Positions 9,050-16,735 of a stretch of DNA of 31,838 nucleotides are shown here, one piece after another; position 1 is the first letter of the stretch; every line of letters begins with the position of its first letter. The stretch comes from an uncultured Caldimicrobium sp. (GTDB taxonomy: Bacteria > Desulfobacterota > Thermodesulfobacteria > Thermodesulfobacteriales > Thermodesulfobacteriaceae), in contig CAZJUD010000075.1 in assembly GCA_964549125.1 (NCBI GenBank), forward strand, positions 1 through 31,838, read 5' to 3'. Under the pieces are notes generated by a model. That model ran no database searches and was not told where the DNA came from. It worked only from the letters and a program-made list of their open reading frames with translations. A program made the translations under genes and the position numbers.

Positions 9050-9805
9050 TTAGTTGTTCTTTAACAAAATAAGTGCTGCTGAGATGAGTAAGAAGATGTT
9101 TACAAGATAATAAAAGGCTTTGGTTGAAAGTTTTAAATAAAGTCTCTGTCCAAGGTATAAACCGATAAGAACAATAGGTAGATTGAGAAGGAAGGAAGAA
9201 AACGTTTCTTTAGTAATATTTCCTTGAAAGGCATGATTGATGATAGCAAAAAGGGCAGTCATCATAAAGATAACCTGAAGGTTTACTTTAAAAAGGTCCT
9301 TTTTCAGTTTAAGAAGAGAAAAGTAGATTACAATGGGTGGACCTGGTGTGTAGAGTATCCCTCCAAGGAAGCCTACGATAAAGGCAACAGCCAAGGATTT
9401 TCCGCTTTTAAAAACCCTTGGGTCAATTTGCGAAAGATAGGTTGTTTCTTTTCCTAAGAAGTGCTCTAAGACTTCCCAGATAAAGTAAGAAAGTATAGCT
9501 ATGAAAAGAAGGATCCTTAAAGTTAGCTCTGAGACGGTTTTAAAACCATAAACACCTATGATAACTCCAACCAGTATAGCCACAAAGAACCGAATAGGAA
9601 TGTTTGATACTTTCTTTTCTTTCATCAGCAAAAATGTGGCAAGATTTACCGCAAAGGATAAAAGAGAAAGAAGGGGGACAGAGAACTTTACGCTTTTTAC
9701 CAAAGCTAAGAGGGGAAGAGCAGTTGTCGCAAAGGCAAAGCCAACGAGTCCATGGATTAAAGCAGATAAAAAAAGGACAATCCCTACTAAAATGTCATCT
9801 TTCAT
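9050..9805 (-). CDS. Sulfite exporter TauE/SafE family membrane protein
   Basis: 251 aa, about 8 hydrophobic segments, two-fold internal repeat (HGLVGFAF / GFLGGILYTPGPP). Confidence 0.8.
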   Translation of the reverse strand: MKDDILVGIVLFLSALIHGLVGFAFATTALPLLALVKSVKFSVPLLSLLSFAVNLATFLLMKEKKVSNIPIRFFVAILVGVIIGVYGFKTVSELTLRILLFIAILSYFIWEVLEHFLGKETTYLSQIDPRVFKSGKSLAVAFIVGFLGGILYTPGPPIVIYFSLLKLKKDLFKVNLQVIFMMTALFAIINHAFQGNITKETFSSFLLNLPIVLIGLYLGQRLYLKLSTKAFYYLVNIFLLISAALILLKNN

Positions 9806-9819
9806 AGTTTAAGTAGTTT

Positions 9820-10815
9820 TTAGGATAAACTGCCAAATATAGACTTATGCGCCTTGTAGGCTGAAAGGATTTCACCCATAGTGAAGAAGGCGTGAAAAGG
9901 AACCCCTTCTGCCTCGATAGCAGACCTACCGCCTTCCTCTCTATCAACTAAAGCCAAAATTTTAACTACCTGGACCTCAGCTTCTCTTAAAGCTGAGAGG
10001 GCTTTTAGCACCGACCCCCCAGTTGTTACCACATCCTCAACGAGAACAACCCTCATTCCCGGCTTAACGGCTCCTTCAATCTGTTTTTGCGTTCCGTATT
10101 TTTTGGGCTCCTTTCTAACAAGCAACCCCTCAAGCTTAACCCCTTCTTTTATGGCTGAGGCAAGGACAGCGCAAACGATAGGATCTGCTCCAATGCTCAT
10201 GCCTGCAACTCCATCTACAAAGGTAAAACGCACCTCCTCCCAAAAGAGGTCTCCAATAAGCTGAAAGGATGGAGAATAGAGGGTAACTTTCCTACAATCA
10301 AGGTAGTAGGGACTTTCTTTCCCGCTGCTTAAGATAAAAGGTTTGTCAGGACTGTAAAGAAAGGCTCTACTTAAAAGATACTTCATAAGTTCGCTTTTTA
10401 AAGATTGAACAGCAAGGTATTTTACCGTTTGGAACATAGGATAAGCCTCTCCAAGAAATTCGTAGATCTCCCTTTTGGCTACTTCTGGGTCAGGAGAATT
10501 GTAGTAAATGATGTTCTTTAGATGAGTAAAGCTCTTAGGGTCAATCTCCACAAACTTAACCGCAAAACCCTTCCCCTCCTCTACCCTTACAACTTCACCT
10601 TTGATGAAGACTACGATGTTGCTATCCCTTTCAAGAAAAAAGGCAATCTCAACGGTTTCCCGTAAATAGGGGAAATTAGTAGGTGTTTGGATATAAGCTC
10701 CACCTAAGGATAGGTCTTTTAGCTCACCAAAGTGATTGCCTTTAAGGCATTTAAAGGCAAGCTGTTTTTGAAAAGGAATTCGCAGAAACCGTCTTTTTTC
10801 TATCATTGTTTCCAA
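9820..10815 (-). CDS. pyrE: PilZ domain-orotate phosphoribosyltransferase fusion
   Basis: N-terminal RRFLR (RxxxR) and DLSLGG (DxSxxG). C-terminal LSSGKESPYYLDCR, RKEPKKYG, VVLVEDVVTTGGS (PRPP motif), VDREEGG. Likely start is ATG 10806; the track uses TTG 10815. Confidence 0.9.
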   Translation of the reverse strand: METMIEKRRFLRIPFQKQLAFKCLKGNHFGELKDLSLGGAYIQTPTNFPYLRETVEIAFFLERDSNIVVFIKGEVVRVEEGKGFAVKFVEIDPKSFTHLKNIIYYNSPDPEVAKREIYEFLGEAYPMFQTVKYLAVQSLKSELMKYLLSRAFLYSPDKPFILSSGKESPYYLDCRKVTLYSPSFQLIGDLFWEEVRFTFVDGVAGMSIGADPIVCAVLASAIKEGVKLEGLLVRKEPKKYGTQKQIEGAVKPGMRVVLVEDVVTTGGSVLKALSALREAEVQVVKILALVDREEGGRSAIEAEGVPFHAFFTMGEILSAYKAHKSIFGSLS

Positions 10816-10818
10816 ATT

Positions 10819-11682
10819 CTACTCTAAGGCTTTAAGATTGTAAAGATATCTCTGCATAAAGACTAAGGTTCCCTTAACCCTTTCTAAAAGGTTTGATGCG
10901 CTCTTTAGCTCAGTCTTTGCCTGCTCTAAATCTCTTTCTAAGCTTGAGAGGCTTTTCTCTAAGACCGGCAGAGCCTCTTCAAATCTTTCTCGGCTAAGAC
11001 TAAAGAAAAATCTATCCCAAAGAGTAAGAACCATCATCAGAGTTTGGGGAAGGGCTTGATAAGGGACAGGGATTATCCCTTCTCTTTCAAGGTCAAAAAA
11101 GATGCGAAGCTTAAGATAGCTATACAAACCATCAGGGACGACCATAAGGGCAAAGCCTACAGACCGCTCATCCTTGAGATAGCTTATTATCTCCTTTGCT
11201 CGATCCTTGGCTCGCCGGACGATTTCCCGTTCATCCTCAGGAGTTAGTTCAGACTTTGCTAAAATCTCTGGTGATGAGAGCTTAGAATCTATGGGGACAA
11301 ACTTTTCTCCCTTTAACCGCAGGGCAAACTCAACAACACCTGAAGATAGCTTAACATTACGAACAATGGTCCCTGGCGGAAAGAGTGAAAGAAGCTCCTC
11401 AACTGCCCGTTCTCCAACCTGACCTGAACGCCTGCCAAAAAGCACTCCTGAGATCTTCTTTACCTCCTCTGCAATGCCTTTCCCAAGCTCCTCCGCCGTG
11501 TAGAGCTTTACTAAGTCTTTTTTTATCTCCTGAAGGTCCTTTAGTCTTTCTTCAAGCTTTATACTCACCTGATTAAAGGATTTGTCTATTCTTCCTTCCA
11601 ATAGGCTTTTAATTTTTAGATAAAGATAGAGTAAGATTATAAAATTAATGATCAGAAGACTAACAATTAGGATATCCTTCAT
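10819..11682 (-). CDS. rmuC: DNA recombination protein RmuC family
   Basis: N-terminal TM and coiled coil, G..GE..VEELL, VPIDSK nuclease motif, FALMVVP, C-terminal coiled coil. Short for the family. Confidence 0.75.
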   Translation of the reverse strand: MKDILIVSLLIINFIILLYLYLKIKSLLEGRIDKSFNQVSIKLEERLKDLQEIKKDLVKLYTAEELGKGIAEEVKKISGVLFGRRSGQVGERAVEELLSLFPPGTIVRNVKLSSGVVEFALRLKGEKFVPIDSKLSSPEILAKSELTPEDEREIVRRAKDRAKEIISYLKDERSVGFALMVVPDGLYSYLKLRIFFDLEREGIIPVPYQALPQTLMMVLTLWDRFFFSLSRERFEEALPVLEKSLSSLERDLEQAKTELKSASNLLERVKGTLVFMQRYLYNLKALE

Positions 11683-12077
11683 TTATTAAATGACAAAATT
11701 TTTAGGGCCATATCAACCACAGATAAACCAATTATTGGACAGCCTAACTTGTTTTCTGGGATACCTTCAAGCTCAGCTATGATGTCTTCCTTTGAGATTT
11801 CCTCAAGGATACGTCTTAGGTCTTTTCCCTTGAGCTTCTCAGTTAAGACACTCAAAAATGCTACAGCAGGAACGCACCCTTGCAGTTTAAACTTTACATC
11901 CTCTACGATAAAATGTCTTAGTTTAAAGTAGACCTTAAGTAAGCAAGGAGAAGGGGGAGAGTCCACGCTACATTGGGGATTGGAAATTTCCACAATGGGA
12001 TAGGCATCGGGTATTTCGCCTACATTTTTGGCTGATAAGAATTCTTTAATCAGTCTTTTGCTATAGTAACTATTCAA
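11679..12077 (-). CDS. Divergent IscU/NifU-N scaffold paralog
   Basis: Aligns by eye to the adjacent IscU (KNVGEIPDA, NPQC, VEDVKFKLQGC, ISKEDIIAELEGIPENKLGC). TTG start. Confidence 0.8.
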   Translation of the reverse strand: MNSYYSKRLIKEFLSAKNVGEIPDAYPIVEISNPQCSVDSPPSPCLLKVYFKLRHFIVEDVKFKLQGCVPAVAFLSVLTEKLKGKDLRRILEEISKEDIIAELEGIPENKLGCPIIGLSVVDMALKILSFNK

Positions 12078-12086
12078 TTTTAAGCT

Positions 12087-12464
12087 CTATTTCTTTTGTT
12101 CTTTCTTGCTTTGATAATCTTCAATAGCCTTTTTCAAGGCGTCAAGCCCAAGCACAGAACAATGGACTTTCTGAGGAGGAAGACCACCAAGCTCTTCTAC
12201 AATATCCTCCTTTTTAATCTTTAAAGCTTCTTCTATGGTTTTGCCTTTTACCATCTCTGTAAGAATGCTTGAGACGGCTATCGCTGCTGCACAGCCAAAG
12301 GTCTTAAATTTTATATCTTCTATCCTATCATCTTTAACCTTGATGTAAAGATACATCATGTCTCCACAAACAGGATTTCCTTCCACACCCACCCCATCGG
12401 CATCGGGGATTTCTCCTACATTCCTTGGGTTCATGAAATGTTCAACTACCTTTGCACTGTACAT
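12087..12464 (-). CDS. iscU: Fe-S cluster assembly scaffold IscU/NifU-N
   Basis: YSAKVVEHFMNPRNVG, GNPVCGD, FKTFGCAAAIA, LPPQKVHCS; all canonical ligands present. Confidence 0.95.
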   Translation of the reverse strand: MYSAKVVEHFMNPRNVGEIPDADGVGVEGNPVCGDMMYLYIKVKDDRIEDIKFKTFGCAAAIAVSSILTEMVKGKTIEEALKIKKEDIVEELGGLPPQKVHCSVLGLDALKKAIEDYQSKKEQKK

Positions 12465-12495
12465 AGGTTCCCCCCTTTTAGTTGGTAAAGGGATC

Positions 12496-13704
12496 TTAGT
12501 GGTGAGGGCAAGTGGCTTTTTCCCATTTTTCCATATCCTTCCATCCTTCTTTAAAAGGAGAAAGCTCTCTTAACCTTTCTACAACCTCAGGCATGGTGTT
12601 TAATACATAATCTATGTCCTCTTCTTGAGTGTCTTTACTGAGCACAAAGAGGATTGACCCCTGTATAAGATGGGCAGGATAACCCATGGAAGACAAAACT
12701 GGCGAGGCTTTAAGTGCTTTAGAACTGCAAGTTGAGCCACTTGAAGTGTAGATTCCCTTAAAGGCTAACATGAGAAGCATGGCTTCCCCTTCAACGAACT
12801 CCACGATGAAGCTTGCATGACCAGGTAGTCGTTTTTCTGGATGCCCTGTTAGATGTAGATTGGGTATCCTTTCCAAAAGTCCCTTTATCAATCTATCTCT
12901 TAGTGCCTGCATCTTTGGCACCATCGTTGGTAGGTTTTGACGAAGCAGCCTTGCTGCTATACCCATTCCTACAATGGCAGGCACGTTTTCCGTTCCTCCT
13001 CTACGACCTCCCTCTTGAATTCCACCATAGATAATGGGTTGAACCCTGACCCCCTTTCTTATGTATAGTGCTCCAGCTCCTTTTGGACCATAGAACAGAT
13101 GAGCAGAAAGAGATAGGGCATCCACTCCTAAGTCGTCCACATCAACCTTCATCTGAGGGATTGCTGCCACTGCATCAGTATGCACCAAAGCACCAACCCT
13201 TTTGGCTAACCTTACCACTTCTTTAACGGGTTGTATTGTCCCAACCTCTGGATTAGCTAACTGAACAGAAACTAACACCGTATCCTCTCGCAAAGCTCGC
13301 TCTAAGAAGTTTAGGTCTATCACTCCATACCTGTCCACAGGAAGAAAGGTAACCTCAAAACCTTCTCTCTCAAGATGCCTTGCTGGATTAGTTATGGAAT
13401 GATGCTCTACTGTAGAAACGATGACATGGTTTCCTTTCTTTTTGTTAGCCTTGGCTAAGCCCACTATAGCCATATTGTTTGATTCGGTGCCTCCGGAAGT
13501 GAAGATTATTTCTTGGGGTTTAGCCTTGATGAGTTCTGCTACCACCACTCTTGCCTCTTCAACAGCCTCCCTTGCCCTTTGACCAAGGTCGTAAGGACTA
13601 AGGGCATTGCCAAAAATTTCCCTAAAATAGGGTAGCATACCTTCTAAAACTTCTTCTGCAGGCTTGGTAGTGGCAAAGTTGTCTAAATATACAGTTCTGT
13701 TCAT
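12496..13704 (-). CDS. iscS: IscS/NifS-family protein lacking the PLP Schiff-base lysine
   Basis: YLDNFATT, FTSGGTES, VEHHS, HTDAVAA, SAHLFYGPKG (Leu at the Lys position), GGTENV, SSGSTCSS (Cys326 retained). Confidence 0.9.
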   Translation of the reverse strand: MNRTVYLDNFATTKPAEEVLEGMLPYFREIFGNALSPYDLGQRAREAVEEARVVVAELIKAKPQEIIFTSGGTESNNMAIVGLAKANKKKGNHVIVSTVEHHSITNPARHLEREGFEVTFLPVDRYGVIDLNFLERALREDTVLVSVQLANPEVGTIQPVKEVVRLAKRVGALVHTDAVAAIPQMKVDVDDLGVDALSLSAHLFYGPKGAGALYIRKGVRVQPIIYGGIQEGGRRGGTENVPAIVGMGIAARLLRQNLPTMVPKMQALRDRLIKGLLERIPNLHLTGHPEKRLPGHASFIVEFVEGEAMLLMLAFKGIYTSSGSTCSSKALKASPVLSSMGYPAHLIQGSILFVLSKDTQEEDIDYVLNTMPEVVERLRELSPFKEGWKDMEKWEKATCPHH

Positions 13705-13952
13705 TTCTTCCTCCTTATATAAAACCTGTAGGTCTCTCCATCCTCATAGACGCCAAGAAATTCATGTCCAAAGACTTCACACCATCTTGGCACGTCCTCC
13801 AAGGCTCTATCGTAATCTGTGATCAGTTCAAGCACTTGCCCAACTTCAATTTTTTTTATGCTTTCGTTCAACTCTAAAAGATGAACAGGACACATAAGGT
13901 AAACCACATCAACGCTAAGGTCAGCATTTAGCGGTCTATCCAAAATGTTCAT
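13701..13952 (-). CDS. tusA: Sulfurtransferase TusA/SirA family
   Basis: 83 aa; MCPVH (CPxP-like), GQVLELITD, DVPRWC..FGHEFL, YRFYIRR. ATGA overlap with iscS. Confidence 0.85.
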   Translation of the reverse strand: MNILDRPLNADLSVDVVYLMCPVHLLELNESIKKIEVGQVLELITDYDRALEDVPRWCEVFGHEFLGVYEDGETYRFYIRRKK

Positions 13953-14063
13953 TTTTTATTTCACTACCTAAGGTTATCATCTAAAGTTATCTTATAAATA
14001 ATTCATGAAAGAAAAAAAGTCAATAGTATGAAAGAATAAATGTTTACTTAGTAAGTTAATTTT

Positions 14064-14525
14064 TTATAAAGAAAAGACTGCTTTGACTTTAAATTTTTTC
14101 TTTGCTGGGAAGGCATAGAATTTCAAACCGTAGGCGTTGCTTAGGTTTTCGAGGTAGGGGCGTAGGTCCTTAGGGCTTGGAAGGACGAGGGTGAACCAAA
14201 AATTTAGAGAATGCTCTCTTAGGTAGGCGTGAGTTACCTCTGGGAGGTCTGCTATTTCTTGGGCTAAGTAGAGTTTAGATTCAGGGATTGAGGTTGCGCA
14301 AAGACAGGTAAAGTGTTTGAGCTTATGGGAGTCAGGACTTGCCCCAAGGTGTCTAATTATGCCTTCCTCTTTTAGTTTTTTTAAAAAGGATAAGACCTCA
14401 TCTTCGGTTAGCCCAACTTTTTCAGCAAGAACCTTGAAGGGTTCAGGATGTAGGGGAAAATCCTCTTGAATAAGGTTTAAAAGTTCTCTGTAGGGCTCCT
14501 TAAGGTCTGATATTGATAAGCTCAT
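14064..14525 (-). CDS. ahbA: Siroheme decarboxylase subunit AhbA (Lrp/AsnC-like fold)
   Basis: IQEDFPLHPEPF, GIIRHLGA, PEVTHAYLREH, NFWFT; typical of the AhbA/NirD-L family. Confidence 0.8.
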   Translation of the reverse strand: MSLSISDLKEPYRELLNLIQEDFPLHPEPFKVLAEKVGLTEDEVLSFLKKLKEEGIIRHLGASPDSHKLKHFTCLCATSIPESKLYLAQEIADLPEVTHAYLREHSLNFWFTLVLPSPKDLRPYLENLSNAYGLKFYAFPAKKKFKVKAVFSL

Positions 14526-14614
14526 AGAAACATAATTTAAGCTCTTCTTTGCAATTTAGCAACCTGTGTTAAGTTTATTGAAAGATAAACAAGGTCTATT
14601 TTGGAGGGTAAAAG

Positions 14615-15073
14615 ATGTCAACGGGAGCAATCTCATTAGAGATAAAGGAGATTGAAAGGCTTTTACCCCATAGATTTCCTTTTCTTTTGGTTGACAAGGT
14701 GCTTGAGATAGACGTTGAGAGGGAGTACATTAAGGCTGTGAAAAACGTGACGGTTAATGAGCCCTTTTTTCAGGGGCATTTTCCTGGGTATCCAATCATG
14801 CCTGGAGTTTTAATCCTTGAAGCGATGGCTCAAACAGGGGCAATCTTCCTTAAGTATGCCTATCCAGAGTTTAAGGATAAGCTCTTTGTGCTTGCTGGTT
14901 TTGACAAGGTAAGGTTCAAGGCTCCGGTTTATCCTGGAGACCAGCTCGTCATCTTTGCCGAGAAGTTTCATCGTAAGGGAAAGCTTATTTGGACTACCGT
15001 TACCGCAACGGTAAATGATAAGGTAGTTGCTCAAGCTGAAATAACGGCAGCAATGGTAGACTGGCAAGAATAG
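14615..15073 (+). CDS. fabZ: 3-hydroxyacyl-ACP dehydratase
   Basis: LPHRFPFLLVD, NEPFFQGHFP, MPGVLILEAMAQ, PVYPGD. Confidence 0.97.
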   Translation: MSTGAISLEIKEIERLLPHRFPFLLVDKVLEIDVEREYIKAVKNVTVNEPFFQGHFPGYPIMPGVLILEAMAQTGAIFLKYAYPEFKDKLFVLAGFDKVRFKAPVYPGDQLVIFAEKFHRKGKLIWTTVTATVNDKVVAQAEITAAMVDWQE

Positions 15074-15082
15074 GGTAGTGGC

Positions 15083-15886
15083 ATGGCAAGAATTCATCCG
15101 ACAGCCTTCGTTGATAAACAGGCAGAGCTTGACGAGGATGTGGTCGTTTCAGCCTTTGCTTACATTGGACCAAGGGTTTTTATCGGAAAAGGGACGATAA
15201 TAAAACCCCACACCTACATCGAAGAGAACGCAAAAATCGGGAGAAACAATGTCATCGGTCCCTATGCTGTGATAGGGACTCCACCCCAGCATCTCGAATA
15301 TAAGGGAGAAGAAACCTGGGTAGAGATAGGGGATGGAAACATCATTCGAGAGTTCGCAACCATTCACCGAGGGACAGCAAAGGACCAAGGTCTTACAAGG
15401 ATTGGAAATAACTGTATGCTTATGAGCTATGTGCACGTTGCGCATGATTGCATTCTTGATGACAACGTTATCATGGCAAACGGGGCTACACTTGGCGGGC
15501 ATGTCCAGGTAGGAAAAAGGGTGGTGATGGGTGGTTTTTCTGCCGTCCATCAGTTTTGTCGCATCGGAGCTTATGCTTTTATTGGAGCAATGAGTGGGGT
15601 TGATAAGGATGTCCCACCTTTTGTCAAAGTTTTTGGGATACCTGCCAAAATTCAAGGGCTAAATCTTGTTGGCTTAAGAAGGGCTGGTTTTACTAAAGAA
15701 GATATAAGGAGGCTTTCGCAAGCTCTTGGCATCTTCCTTGATGGACCTGCTACTCTAAAAGAGGTTATCGTTGAGCTAAAGGATGTTTTCGGTGACGACC
15801 CGTTGATAGCTGAGCTAATTACCTTTTTGGAAAACCCTTCAAGACAAGGTATAATGAGAAGAAAGCCCTTTGAGGGCGAGGAGTAA
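15083..15886 (+). CDS. lpxA: UDP-N-acetylglucosamine O-acyltransferase
   Basis: IHPTA, hexapeptide repeats, IREFATIHRGT, HVAHDC (catalytic His), VHQFCRIG, DVPPF, GLNLVGLRRAGF. Confidence 0.97.
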   Translation: MARIHPTAFVDKQAELDEDVVVSAFAYIGPRVFIGKGTIIKPHTYIEENAKIGRNNVIGPYAVIGTPPQHLEYKGEETWVEIGDGNIIREFATIHRGTAKDQGLTRIGNNCMLMSYVHVAHDCILDDNVIMANGATLGGHVQVGKRVVMGGFSAVHQFCRIGAYAFIGAMSGVDKDVPPFVKVFGIPAKIQGLNLVGLRRAGFTKEDIRRLSQALGIFLDGPATLKEVIVELKDVFGDDPLIAELITFLENPSRQGIMRRKPFEGEE

Positions 15887-15901
15887 AAATACGCTTCATT
15901 T

Positions 15902-16735
15902 ATGGACGATAAATCATCATCGCGAATAGGGCTTATAGCCGGGGAGGGAGAATTCCCCTTAATCCTTGCAAAAAGTTTAAAGAGTAAAGGCTATTCCGTC
16001 TACGCCGTTTGCTTTTCTAAGGAGCAGGAGAAGAATCTCAAAGAGCTTTGCGAAAAGGTGACGCGAATCTACATAGGTCAGCTGGGGAGGCTTATAGAGA
16101 CCTTTAAAAAGGATGGAGTTAGAGACCTTGTGTTCTTGGGTAAGGTTGATAAGAGCCATGCCTTGCGGTTTAGCCTTCCTGATTTTAGAGCCTTAAGACT
16201 TTGGCGTTCTCTAAGAAGTCGTGAGGATAACTCCTTGCTTACTGCCTTAGTTGAGGAGCTTGAGGGTTCAGGGTTTGTGGTAAGAGGTCCAGCGGAATTC
16301 CTCTCAGACTACTTGACACCAGAAGGAGTTTTAACAAGGCGTGAGCCTACTCCTGAAGAATGGGAAGATATCCGGTATGGGTTAAAGATTGCAAAAGCTA
16401 TCGGCGACCTTGATATTGGGCAGTGCGTAGTGGTAAAGAACCGAATGACCGTTGCGGTTGAAGCCATGGAAGGAACAGACGAAACCATCCTAAGAGGGGG
16501 AAGACTTGTTTCTGGAGCCATCGTGGTTAAGATTGCCAAACCGAGACAGGACCCACGGCTTGACCTCCCTGTCGTTGGCTATAAGACTATTGAGACAATG
16601 GTCAAAGCCAAAGCCAAGGTTTTAGCCCTCCTTGCCGGAAAAACCTTTTTTCTGCAAAGAGAAAAAGCCCTTGAGCTTGCTAACAAACACGGTATAGCTG
16701 TATGTGGAGTAATGGACGGAGGAACGGAAGCGTGA
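15902..16735 (+). CDS. lpxI: UDP-2,3-diacylglucosamine diphosphatase LpxI
   Basis: GLIAGEGEFP, IGQLG, DIGQCVVV, AVEAMEGTD, KPRQDPRLDLPVVG; lies between lpxA and lpxB. Confidence 0.93.
   Translation: MDDKSSSRIGLIAGEGEFPLILAKSLKSKGYSVYAVCFSKEQEKNLKELCEKVTRIYIGQLGRLIETFKKDGVRDLVFLGKVDKSHALRFSLPDFRALRLWRSLRSREDNSLLTALVEELEGSGFVVRGPAEFLSDYLTPEGVLTRREPTPEEWEDIRYGLKIAKAIGDLDIGQCVVVKNRMTVAVEAMEGTDETILRGGRLVSGAIVVKIAKPRQDPRLDLPVVGYKTIETMVKAKAKVLALLAGKTFFLQREKALELANKHGIAVCGVMDGGTEA

Noticed and set aside
13953-14063. AT-rich gap with repeated GTTATC and a TTACT-T-AGTAA palindrome as an IscR/Fur-like operator
   Set aside because: Matches are short and degenerate in very AT-rich DNA, and I could not fit a -10 box at proper spacing to the TTGACT at 14018-14023.
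15083-15886. Inferring lipid A acyl-chain length from the LpxA hydrocarbon-ruler residue (Ala at the E. coli Gly173 position)
   Set aside because: The alignment is by eye and a single residue is not reliably predictive across phyla.
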